Made by a program: the position numbers and the translations under genes. From Octopus bimaculoides (taxonomy: Eukaryota), in the NCBI RefSeq assembly GCF_001194135.2, contig NC_069002.1, positions 30,858,240 to 30,922,239 of the forward strand: a stretch of DNA of 64,000 nucleotides, read 5' to 3'. Of this stretch, positions 50,111 through 60,859 are shown piece after piece (position 1 is the first letter of the stretch; every line of letters starts with the position of its first letter). Under the pieces are notes generated by a model, which worked only from the letters and a program-made list of their open reading frames with translations, was not told the origin of the DNA and ran no database searches.

Positions 50111-50598
50111 TTTATTGGATTGTCTACATTAACTATGAAGAAATAAAACCATGCTAAGTAGTCCAATACCATTTCTTTTGGCCCCTTCTAAGATTTGGTT
50201 CATGTAAGTAAATAGATATGCTTTATACTTTAATATTGCTATGATTTATTATAACTTGTGTCGTTTTAAATGTTGTTTTTGTATTTTCATTTTCTGCAGT
50301 TTTCAGAATTTCTTTCTTTATTTTTATTTTTGGTTGTAAAAGTAAATAATGGATGATTAATTAAACTCCAGAAAAAGCTGTGTAACGAATTTAGATAATA
50401 TTGAATGCCGTGTGAAAAAAAAAGATTGCTTTGATATTGTTAAAATATGTGGTGGGAGAACATAAATATTTAGTTTTGTGTTGTCAGTCTTGTCGACCTT
50501 GTCTCTCTCAGAAGACATCATTATGATCATCATCATCATTGTCAATATAACTAATGACATTGGAATTACCACCACCACTACCACTACCATCATCGTTG

Positions 50599-50632
<34 letters not shown>

Positions 50633-50649
50633 CATCATTGTCGTTGTTG

Positions 50650-50830
50650 TCATCATCATCATTGCTTTTTTAAGCTTGCATGAGTCCTTTGGAACTTGTT
50701 GAGGCTGATTTTCTACAGCTCGGATGCCCTTCCTGCCATTAACCCTCAATCTGTTTCCAATTGAGGTTAATGTTTCCCCATAACCATTACAAGTTTTTCA
50801 AGAAATGGATGACGGTCGTTTACAACCTTC
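50650..50830 (-). mobile_element. Repeat G
   Basis: GCTTGCATGAG..GAGGCTGATTTTCTACAGCTCGGATGCCCTTCCTG..TGTTTCCAA. Confidence 0.7.
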
Positions 50831-51019
50831 ACACAACATCAAGACAAGGGGACACACACACATGTGCAAACACACACACAAACATAAACACACATACACA
50901 TTATTATTTGCAAGTAATTTGCAGATACAAATGCTACCAGTTGAAAACTCCACACACCGGACATTAGCAGGTTTATGGGGCCATCAGGAGAGAACGTGTG
51001 CTGTTTCCGGGCCTTCCTT

Positions 51020-51140
51020 TCAACAGCATTATATATACGAGAAGCTTGTTTCAGCTTTCATCTATCAAATCCACTCACAAGGTCTTGGTTGGCCTGGGGC
51101 TATAGATGCCTGAGGTGCTGTGTAATAGGATTGATGGTCA
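51020..51140 (-). mobile_element. SINE-A fragment
   Basis: GCTTGTTTCAGCTTTCATCTATCAAATCCACTCACAAGG. Confidence 0.7.
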
Positions 51141-51277
51141 AACGACATGGTTCAGAGGAATTACTGAAGAAGTAAGATTATGTTAATCCACAATCTAAGA
51201 CTCACCACCCTCACATATTTATTCCGTTCCATTCCATTAATAAAATCAGCAAAAAATATTTGACTCTCAAGTGAAAA

Positions 51278-51690
51278 GGGAATCTCTAAGTGGTTGCTGA
51301 AAATACCCAGAAATAATAGCTAGATCTCCCTCGTATCATATTCTACTTAGTTAAAAATAGAAGGACACATTAAGCAATGTATTCCTAAGTGGTTGCTCAA
51401 AGTAACTAGAAATAGCAGCTAGATCTCACTCAAACCATACTCTACTAACTTAAAAATGGAAGGGCACATTAAACAATATATTCTCCTAAATGGTTACTCA
51501 GAATAACTAGAAACAACAGCTAAACCTCACTCAAACCATACTCTACTTATTTTAAACATGGAAGGAGACATTAGACGATGTACTCTCCTAAATGGTTATT
51601 CAAAGTAACTAGAAATAGCAGTTAGATCTCACTCAAATCATACTCTTGTGCCTTAAAAACAGAAGAATGCATTAAATAATGTAATCTGAT
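51278..51690 (+). repeat. Four tandem ~100-bp units derived from repeat F
   Basis: AAGTGGTTGCTCAAAGTAACTAGAAATAGCAGCTAGATCTCACTCAAACCATACTCTAC..GAAGG..ACATT repeated. Confidence 0.88.
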
Positions 51691-51693
51691 ATA

Positions 51694-51833
51694 CAGGGGT
51701 TGGACAAAATTTTAAACAAATTAATTCTAATATGGGGTAGGACCACCTTAGGCAGTAATTACAGCTTGAATTCTATGAGGTATGGACTCGTACAAAGTTT
51801 GAATTGTTTCCAAAGGAATTTTTGTCCATTCTT
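51694..51833 (-). mobile_element. Tc1-like 3' end (TIR and transposase C-terminus)
   Basis: TA|CAGGGGTTGGACAAAAT; minus strand reads EWTKIPLETIQTLYESIPHRIQAVITA*GGPTPY*. Confidence 0.85.
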
Positions 51834-51844
51834 GGGATTTTGAC

Positions 51845-52176
51845 GGTGTGGTTGTTTTATTCTTAGATTAACATTGTAGGGTAAGTGTAAGAGACCAGAT
51901 CTGGTTGGTTTGAACATAAAACAGGCAGAATATTTGGACTGGATATGACTGGTTTAATCCTTTAGCATTCAGATTATTCTGTCAAATGTAATCCTTATTT
52001 CTTCACATTGTTTTGAATTAATCATGGATAATCTCATAGCTTTGAGATTTCAATGGTGTGATTATTTCTTTTTGGAACAAGATTGACAGGTAGATGTGAT
52101 GGACCAGATTTAGCTGGTTTGAATATAAAACTGGTAGAATATAAGGGTGCATTTGGCTGGTTTAAATGCTAAAGGA
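51845..52176. mobile_element. MITE-E dimer: truncated copy plus a full copy at 51958-52176
   Basis: Junction GACTGGT|TTAA|TCCTTTAGCATT; ends AATGCTAAAGGA|TTAA. Confidence 0.88.
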
Positions 52177-52209
52177 TTAACAAGCATTCACACCAACTTT
52201 GATGTTTCT

Positions 52210-52470
52210 TCCTCTCATTTCATTAGAATACTAAAAATGAACCTGACTGCTCTCAAAAAGTAAGTAAAAAAAACAGGAAAAATAATCCAGAATCCTTGTC
52301 CGGTACCAGATCGATCCCAAAATCTAATCAGTTCGTGTCAGTCATCAGCCCAAACATCCCTGAAAGTTTCATCTAAATCCATCCAGCGGTTCTTGAGATA
52401 TCTTGTCCACGGACAAACAAACAAATATGACTGAAAACAATACCTCTGCTTTGCTAAGGCGGATGTAAAT
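52210..52470 (-). mobile_element. Helentron/DINE-like non-autonomous element
   Basis: Minus strand starts with the hairpin TTACATCCGCCTTAGCAAAGCAGAGGTA, then TGTTTGTTTGTCCG..GATATCTCAAGAACCGCTGGATGGATTTAGATGAAACTTTCAGGG. This architecture is typical of such elements (recall). Confidence 0.6.
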
Positions 52471-52529
52471 ATAAAGATCCAACATAAATTATCTCATGGC
52501 AGTTTTGATAGTAAAGGCTTAGATAGTAC

Positions 52530-52672
52530 TTTATTAAAGTACTTTATTTTATCAAGACTGGAGGGATGAAAGACAAAGCTGACCTAGGTGAGATTTGAAC
52601 TCAGAATGTAAAGAGCCAGACAGAACACAACCCAGCATGTTTTCCGATACTCTAACAATTCTGCCAGCTTGT
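52530..52672 (-). mobile_element. SINE-B 5' part
   Basis: GGGATGAAAGACAAAGCTGACC..GATTTGAACTCAGAATG..CTAACAATTCTGCCAGC. Confidence 0.8.
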
Positions 52673-53127
52673 TACATTTCCTTCGTTCCAAAACAAGATT
52701 CACAAGTTATGAACTGATGTAAAGGTCAAAAGTGAAAGTAAACAATGAGTTCCCTCCTCCCTCCTTATCTTCTCATATTGGCTGACTCAACTCAAGGGAT
52801 TTCTTAGAACGAGTCGGACACACAGAGAAACTTGTTGTATATGACAAATACTTCTGTTGTTATTACGTCATTCGACTGAATGACTGTTGGCCATCCCTCA
52901 TTCTGACTAATTGGTACAGAAGTATATGCATTATGTGATGATCGCTCCCGTCAGTTCCAACCGATGAGTGTTTGAAAGAGAGGACTGAAAATTAAAGAGA
53001 GAAATAGAAAGAAAAAAAACACTAAGAATATATATATATAATAGGCACAGGAGTGGTTGTGTGGAACTTTCTAGGGGCAATCCCATGGTCGTTCATGAGC
53101 GAAGGGTGTCTTTACCCTTTTACATAT

Positions 53128-53543
53128 CTCTTTTACTCTTTTACTCTTTTACTTGTTTCAGTCATTTGACTGCGGCCATGCTGGAGCACCGCCTTTAGTC
53201 GATTCAAATCGACCCCAGGACTTATTCTTTGTAAGCCTAGTACTTATTCTATCGGTCTCTTTTTGCCGAACCGCTAAGTTACGGGGACGTAAACACACCA
53301 GCATCGGTTGTCAAGTGATGGTGGGGGGACAAACACAGACACACAAACATATATATATATATATATATATAAATACATATATACGACAGGCTTCTTTCAG
53401 TTTCCGTCTACCAAATCCACTCACAAGGCTTTGGTCGGCCTGAGGCTATAGTAGAAGACACTTGCCCAAGGTGCCACGCAGTAGGACTGAACCCAGAACC
53501 ATGTGGTTGGTAAGCAAGCTACTTACCACACAGCCACTCCTGC
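53128..53543 (-). mobile_element. SINE-A, full length, young
   Basis: CpGs retained; near-identical to 12665-13078. Confidence 0.93.
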
Positions 53544-53834
53544 ATAAAAATATGTAAACATATATATGTACACATATATACATATGTATACATGTTTGTG
53601 TATGTATGTCTACAATGCTTGTAGTGTAGGAGTGAATGATTCCAATACAAGGCAAAGTTAAAGTCTGAATATTGAACAATAGAATCTGCCATCGCAATTT
53701 GATGGGTCTGCAAGGAAGGAGTCCTGTGGTCAATTTCAATGTAAGAGATATCAGTCAAATTCCTTTAAATCAGGCTCTTTTGGCTTATAAAAAAACAAAA
53801 AAAACATGTGGGCAACAACATTATACGCTATTGT

Positions 53835-53935
53835 ACTTGATATACATGAAGATGGGATAGTCATGGCCGGAATGATTTTGATAATAGGTTTGCTGGATCA
53901 GGATAGGACTGGGGTTAAACAACAACAACAACAAC
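53835..53935 (+). mobile_element. Repeat F 3' end with (CAA)n
   Basis: GATGGGATAGTCATGGCCGGAATG..GGGGTTAAACAACAAC. Confidence 0.7.
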
Positions 53936-54199
53936 CACCTCTGCTACATGTTTTGTCACTCACACTATGCATCTGGTCATCTACTCTATGTGTTTGGTGG
54001 TCACTCACCCTACATGTTTGGTGGCATGTGCTGCATGTTTGACTGCCAAACACTTCACATTCGATCACTCACCTCACATGTTTGGTCAGTCAGGGAGGGA
54101 GTGAGCGATGGAGGGTGGGAAGGTGGATGGGAGCGAGAGAGGGAGTGAGTGAGGATGGGAGGAAGTGATAGAGAGAGGGAGTGAGGGAGTGAATGAAGG

Positions 54200-54960
54200 A
54201 ATGAATGATAGAGGGTATGAGAGCAAGTGAGTTGAGTTTGTCAGAATGAATGTATGAGTGAGATTGGGTAAAGGAGAACTTAAATGAATGCTGGAGAGTT
54301 GTGAGGGCATGAGTGTTCGAGAGGATGAGTGATAGAGTGAGTGAGTGGTTGAATGCGAGTGTGACAAAGTGAGTGAATGGTTGAATGCAAGTATAAGTGA
54401 CAGAGTGGATGAATGGTTGAGTATGAGTGACTGAGTGAATGGTTGAGTGTATATGTGAGTCTAAGAGTGAATCAATGGTTAAGTGTACATGTGAGTCTAA
54501 GAGGGAGTGAATGGTTGAGTGTGAGTGACAGAGTAAGCAAATGGTTGAGTGTGAGTAACAGAGTGACTGAATGGTTGAGTGTGAATGACATAGTGAGTGA
54601 ATGGTTGAATGCAAGTGTGAGTGACAGAGTGAGTGTATGGTTGATTGTTTGTGACAGTGAGTGAATGGTTGAGTGTACATGTAAGTGTAAGAGTGACTGG
54701 TTGAGTGTGAGTGAAAGAATGAGCAAATGGTTGAGTGTAAGTGACATAGTGAGTGAATTGTTGAGTGTGAGTGAAGTGACAGTGAGTGAATGGTTGAATG
54801 TGAGTGAGTGGTTGAGTGTGAGTGAGTGGTTAAGTGTGAGTGAGTGGTTAAGTGTGAGTGGGTGGTTGAGTGCGAGTGTGAGTAACAGAGTGAGCAAATG
54901 GTTGAGTGTGAGTGACAAAATGAGTGAATGGTTGAGTGAATGAACGGTTGAGCCAGTGAG
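54200..54960. repeat. Minisatellite built on GAGTGAATGGTTGAGTGT
   Basis: Many units with 18-40 bp periodicity. Confidence 0.9.
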
Positions 54961-56454
54961 TTGTTAGTTGTTGGTGAGGAAATGGAAATGAGTAAGTGTA
55001 CATGATATCTTTGTTAGAGAACATCGATACAGAACATCTGTTTGAACTGTGTAACTTAAGAAACCATTAAGGAGGAAGAGAGGGAGAGGAGGAGGAGTAG
55101 ATAGAGGAAGAGAGAGGAAGAGACAGAGTAAGGTTTTATGGATAAACATGGAAGGAGTGAGGTGGAGGAGCTGGGAGAGAAGGAACAAAAAAAATCTATT
55201 TCACTTCATCCAGTCTGACTTGACAAACAGCCAGGTTAGAACTGTTTGAAAATCTGCTTTTGTTGTGTTCGGAAGAGGATGACGTAAGAGATGTGAAGGT
55301 TTTCTGAAATAAATACCATAAAAAGAAAAGAAAAAAAGTAAAGGAAAAAAAAAAACAGGTATGTTATAAAAACAAACAACACAAAAAATTACTGCAAACA
55401 ACTAAAAAAAACAGGAAACAAACAAAAACAGGAATAAAATATATCAGCAATTGATTCCAAAATCTTCTTTGAAGACATTTTGTCCTTTCAACTTCTTTTA
55501 TGTTTGGTCCAATAATTCTTCATAAATTGTATCAGAGATAAATGTCTCTGCAGTGGACTCATTTGGGTATGGGTACATACAGTTGTAGGTGGTGGTGGTA
55601 GTGGTGGTGATTCNNNNNNNNNNAGTGGACTCATTTGGGTATGGGTACATACAGTTGTAGGTGGTGGTGGTAGTGGTGGTGATTCTTCCAATCAGTCAAA
55701 CAGTTCCTGATAACCTAATAATGGTCATCCTTGACATGCCATTCTTCAGGTCCTCTTTGAGAGCCATTAAAGCATTGGCTAGAATGCTTCATGGTATTTG
55801 TTTCAATGCTTTGTGTTCTGAGTTCAAATCCAGCTGAGATCATCTTTACCTTTTTTTCCTTCATGATCCAAGGTGGTAGATTGGCAAAACTGCTGGAGGT
55901 TCTGGTGAGATGACTTGCAGAACCTGCTCTGATTCTTTGCCCTCTGACAGCAATGTCTGCAATAACACTAGTGCCAACCAGTATCATTCCAAGTTTGTGG
56001 TTTTCCTTTGGATAAACAGCAATGGAGTTGAGAGAGAAGATTTGTATATCTGGGCAACAGCAAATCTTCTTAAAAAAATACAATTTTGCCCAATCCTGTA
56101 AATATACAAACAGACGCATGGTCAATCAACATTGGCTAATGGTGGACCTGTCAATCTTGAACCATGTTTTATGCACCATCTTGTAAGTCATTGGTAGTAT
56201 ACACTGGTGTAGCAGTTCTAGTTGTGGTGGTGTAATGCAAGGCTAGTCTGGATCTGGCAAACCTATAATCAATAAGTCCATCCTGTCTTTTGCAGATCAG
56301 TTTTAAAATCATGTGTTGTATACATTCATGTATGTGTATGGGAATGTATAGATATCAAAGATGGGTGTGACAAAACTTATGTTTATTCCTCACATTTCAG
56401 TGAGAGGAAACACTGATGACAGGAAAGCCAATGTTTGTATTTATGGAGTGGCCA

Positions 56455-57125
56455 GCCAGTTTGCTAAAGTATATCCGTGCTCATGAGGGCATTGACAAAA
56501 AACCTCACTTTTAAAGTTTAGGTAAACACCTTAGTGAAGGGAGTTCTTTAATGTGATTCTTTTCTCAGCAAAGCAGTGTCTGCATGTTCCCCAGCTGTTA
56601 AAGTAAGGTTTGCACTTTTCTGTTATCTGTCACTTGATGCCATAATGTGCAGCATTTCCTTTACTTTCTATACATATCTTGTTAGAATTGTCATTTCACC
56701 TCTCTTGGATATTAAATGAGAATTTGTGGTTGTTAAATAGGGTCCTGAATGACCTTCTGTTGCCCCCATATATGGGTGCAACGGAATGTCTGTACATTCA
56801 TTGCTCCAATGAAATTCTTTCACACCACCTCTTCCTCATACAAAATGCTTTCTGTATTGGCTGTTTAGTGGGCATGTAGCATCATCTTTGAATGAGCAGC
56901 ATGCCTCTATTGTAGGCTTGGCTCTATTTACTAATATTTTCTTTATGAGGGTGTGCATTTAAAAAAGACCCTCAAAGTATGTCTATCAAAGATTTTCTTG
57001 TATTTATGTGTTTGGGGGAATGCTTGTTGACTGAACTAAGGAAGATCCTACCTACACAAGATTTTACATTAAGGTAAAATGGGGGTGTGAATCATATAAT
57101 CTTAGAGTAGTATTTTCTCCTGGTG
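56455..57125 (-). pseudogene. Penelope-like retroelement GIY-YIG endonuclease region, degenerate
   Basis: Piecewise: TPPFYLNVKSCVGRIFLSSVNKH..KKIFDRHTL..CPLNSQ..YMGATEG-SFRTLFNNHKFSFN..YGIK*QITEKCKPYFNSWGTCRHCFAEKRI..LNFKSEVFCQCPHEHGYTLAN. Confidence 0.82.
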
Positions 57126-57341
57126 GTGTTAGGGTTGGGCATATAACTAATCCTATCCTTGATACATCAGGTGACCAGGGCCTTGTAGCATCAAAGATCC
57201 ACTCAACAAGGTTCCTAAAAACAATGGCTGGATGACAGGAAGTTGTACTGATATATTTCAGCCACTTATTTGGATTTTGAAAAGGTTTATAGGTACTAGA
57301 GTCTCTATTTTATATCACATCTCGGAAACCAACCACATAGC

Positions 57342-57389
<48 letters not shown>

Positions 57390-57928
57390 TATATATATAC
57401 ACAGATATTAAACCACAGTACATATACATATATACAAACATATACACACACTTGCAAAAATATTTATACACATACATACATGCACACATACAAATATTGT
57501 GTATTTGTGTGTGTGCGTGCGTGTTTCCATTTGAGTGGGTATGTGCCTGCATGTATGTGTGTGTGCATGTTTGTGTGTTTGTTTTCATGTTACTTATTTT
57601 GACAAAAGTGATGACATGTGGGCAGTGTTGTTGTGGTCAGCAAACAATCTGGTCACTTCACACTTTTCAAGCTGTAACGAATAAGAGATTTCTTACTCCA
57701 AGAAAAGGCAAAAGAGAAAAACGGGAAACAAATAAGGGTCATCGAGAAGAAAGGCTATCTGGCTGTAAAACAACTTGCCAATAACATAATTGTCTAACCC
57801 ATGCAAGCCTGGAAAAACAGATGTAAACATGAACAAACGAAAGTATGTGTGTATAGGATATATGTATGTATATGCATATAAACATATATGTATGTATACA
57901 TATCTATGTATGTATACATACATTCATA

Positions 57929-58297
57929 GTGAAGGCGCGTGGCTTAGTGGTTAGGGCATTCGGCTCACGATTGTAAGGTCGTGAGTTCAATTCACGGCAA
58001 CGCGTTGTGTCCTTGAGCAAGANNNNNNNNNNAAGGTCGTGAGTTCAATTCACGGCAACGCGTTGTGTCCTTGAGCAAGACACTTTATTTCACGTTGCTC
58101 CAGTCCACTCAGCTGACAAAAATGAGTTCTACCTGTATTTCAAAGGGCCAGCCTTGTCACATTGAATCTGCCTGAGAACTATGTTAAGGGTACAAGTGTC
58201 TGTGGAGTGCTCAGCCACTTGCACATTAATTTCACGACCAGGCTGTTCTGTTGATTGTGTCAGCTGGGACCCTTGCTGTCGTAACCTACAGAGTGCT
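57929..58297 (+). mobile_element. SINE-D, full length (tRNA-Met-like head)
   Basis: GGCGCGTGGCTTAGTGGTTAGGGC..CTCACGATTGTAAGGTCGTGAGTTCAATTC resembles elongator tRNA-Met (CTCATAATCTGAAGGTCGTGAGTTCGA). The tail is shared with 47825-48208. Confidence 0.88.
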
Positions 58298-58325
58298 CCT
58301 TATGTATACATATGAGCATATACAC

Positions 58326-58356
<31 letters not shown>

Positions 58357-58577
58357 GATACACACACACATGTGTATATATATGTATGTTTATATATGTA
58401 TATATACACATATATGAAGATATGTATACATACATATATACACACATACATATTTACACACACACACACACACATATATATATGTATATGTCAGTTAGTT
58501 GTTGATAAATCGGAAAAAACCCACACTCAATATGAGTAATGGAGCAGTGATGCTTTTATATATTACAGAGTAGTATT

Positions 58578-58661
58578 GGTCAGAATGTTACCATAGGCTT
58601 CGTGCCAACTACTGCACTTTGTAACATTTCTGACTCATCAGACATGCTGACTGGAAGCATC
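58578..58661 (-). ncRNA. Degenerate hammerhead-like motif (PLE terminal repeat)
   Basis: Minus strand CAGCATGT-CTGATGAG-...-GAAGC; GAAAC is mutated and stem III is lost. Confidence 0.4.
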
Positions 58662-58808
58662 TCCAGGAACATCCTTGTGTAGAGATCATTAAATGTTATA
58701 GGTGTGTTCTTGGTATTGATTCCAAGAACATATAATTCCAAATCTGGCAAAAAAGAAAAAAGAAATGGAATGCAAGTCTTTTTCTGACTATGTATAGAGT
58801 GACCAGCT

Positions 58809-58898
58809 GGTGTTTCCAGCCAGCATCTCTGATGAGTCGTCAGTATTGCTTAAGTGCTATAACTGGTGTGAAACCAGTCAGTGATAACATTCTGACCA
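58809..58898 (+). ncRNA. Minimal hammerhead-like motif (PLE type)
   Basis: CAGCATCT-CTGATGAG (58829-58836)-stem II-GAAAC (58870-58874)-CA-GTC-AGTGATAACATTCTGACCA. Confidence 0.5.
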
Positions 58899-58944
58899 GT
58901 TATGTATCATAAACAGTAATACACAGCTCAACAATATATAAATA

Positions 58945-58991
<47 letters not shown>

Positions 58992-59042
58992 TATATATAC
59001 ACATTTATAAAACAGACTCTGCATAAGGAGTAGACAACTACC

Positions 59043-59085
<43 letters not shown>

Positions 59086-59087
59086 GA

Positions 59088-59139
<52 letters not shown>

Positions 59140-59141
<2 letters not shown>

Positions 59142-59235
59142 TCATCATCATCATCATCGTTTAACGTCCGCTTTCCATGCTAGCATGGGTTGGACGATTT
59201 GACTGAGGACTGGTGAAACCGGATGGCAACACCAG
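59140..59235 (-). mobile_element. RTE-type LINE 3' end, young and short
   Basis: (CAT)nCGTTTAACGTCCGCTTTCCATGCTAGCATGGGTTGGACG. Confidence 0.88.
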
Positions 59236-59725
59236 ATATATATATATATATACATGCATGTATATTTGTATGTGTATTTTATATATTTGTATATGTGTGT
59301 GTGTGTGTATACACACACAGATACACATATACACATGCACACAAACACACACACGCATACATATATATATACACACACACAAACACATAAACACACACAC
59401 ACACTCCTGAATGCCACAGATAACAGCAAGATCCTTGCACAGTGTGTCACTAGACTAGAAATCTAGAAATCAATAAAATGATTAACAGCCAATGTATTGA
59501 ACAGACCAATTGGAGTTATTAATAACCCAGGATTAATCAATAAAAGAGGTTATCCAATACTACGGATGTTGATTTTTGCAGTGGATGTATCGAATGGAAG
59601 AGTTGAGTGGATGTTAAATATAGATCGACAGCAGGTTAGTTAAAAGAGTAGAGATAAATAATGGATGCATAGAACAGGAGTATGTTAAATATAGATTGAT
59701 TATTGGTTAGTCAATAGAGGGAAAA

Positions 59726-59820
59726 TAGAGAGGAGGCATACAACAGTTCTATGGAGATAGAGAGGGGGTATACAACAGTTGTATGGAGATAGAGAGGAGG
59801 CATAGAACAGTTGTACGGAA
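59726..59820. repeat. Three ~32-bp tandem units
   Basis: ATAGAGAGGAGGCATACAACAGTTCTATGGAG repeated. Confidence 0.85.
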
Positions 59821-59919
59821 TACCGTTGAAGCTCTGTTAAATATAAATTACAATGGGTTTCTTTCAGTTTATATTAATCAAATCCATTCCAAGAAGGAAA
59901 TAGAGAAGAGCATACAGCA

Positions 59920-60020
59920 GGCTCTCGGTTCAGTCCCACTGCATGGCACCTTTAGCAAGTGTTCTACTGCTATAACACTGGGCCGACCCAAAACCTTGTG
60001 AATGGATTTGGTAGACGAAT
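59920..60020 (+). mobile_element. SINE-A core fragment
   Basis: GGTTCAGTCCCACTGCATGGCACCTTTAGCAAGTG. Confidence 0.8.
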
Positions 60021-60157
60021 TTTGAAAATTAACAGGAACGCAGGCAGTGTACTTCAACAGAAATATGTTATCAAAAGGGTTAATAATAAGAGATACAGAG
60101 CAGATGTATAAAATATTTGAATGTATGTTAAATATAGATTGACTATTGGTTAGTTAA

Positions 60158-60381
60158 ACCTTTACATTTGACAGATTAATCTGTCAAATGTAATGCTTAT
60201 TTATTCACATTGTTTTGACTTAATCATGCATAACCTCATAACTTCAGGATTGTGATGATGTTATTGGTTATTTTTAGAATGACATTGTAGGGTAGGTGTG
60301 AGAGGCCAGATCTGACTGGTTTGAACATAAATCGGGTAGTATATATCTGGGCTGGATGAAGCTGGTTTAAATGCTAAAGAG
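60158..60381. mobile_element. MITE-E, complete, TTAA-flanked
   Basis: TTAA|ACCTTTACATT ... AATGCTAAAGAG|TTAA. Confidence 0.85.
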
Positions 60382-60859
60382 TTAATGGAAGGAGATAGAG
60401 TGAAGAAATATAAAGTGGATGTATGGAGTACTTGAATCTATTTTAAATTTAGACAGATTATTGGTGAATCAAAAGAGAACGGCCTCATACTGTGGTTGCA
60501 TGAAATAGTTGATCGCCCAAGGCTAGAAGGAAAGAGGGTGGAAGGTATCTTCAAACTGGAAAACTGGGCTGAATGTTTGTAAAAGAGAGGACTCTGCTAA
60601 GTCCATTACCTGAAACGTAAAGTATCAGGTGATGGTGTTAAACTGGGCTGTGAGCCACAGTTATTTAAGGTAAAATTTGATAAACATAGGAGAGATGAAG
60701 GTACAACCAAATATATTAATTTCAGCTGGTGCATACAGATTTTAGGGCGCAAGGCAACCATCTTGTTTGGTTTGGGCATAGCATTGACCCTGTTAATTCC
60801 TTCTCAACTCAAAGATAACTTTCACTTTTTAGGTGTTTGATATTTATTAGAGCTAGGCT

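Noticed and set aside
54090-54943. Repetitive ORFs (SEWLSV / LTLNH repeats)
   Set aside because: Translation of a GAGTGAATGGTT minisatellite, open in multiple frames.
55214-55234. Possible 21-nt microexon SDLTNSQ
   Set aside because: Weak donor (GTTAGA) and no independent support.
55553-55684. Exact ~60-bp duplication either side of a 10-N gap
   Set aside because: Typical unmerged contig overlap; assembly artefact.
56114-56182. Possible 69-nt exon THGQSTLANGGPVNLEPCFMHHL ending at GTAAGT
   Set aside because: The acceptor lacks a pyrimidine tract and the peptide is not recognised.
57933-58005. tRNA-like sequence
   Set aside because: It is the head of a SINE: no acceptor stem pairing, and it continues into the SINE body.
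57973-58082. Exact 50-bp duplication inside SINE-D either side of a 10-N gap
   Set aside because: Same overlap artefact, not a real tandem duplication.
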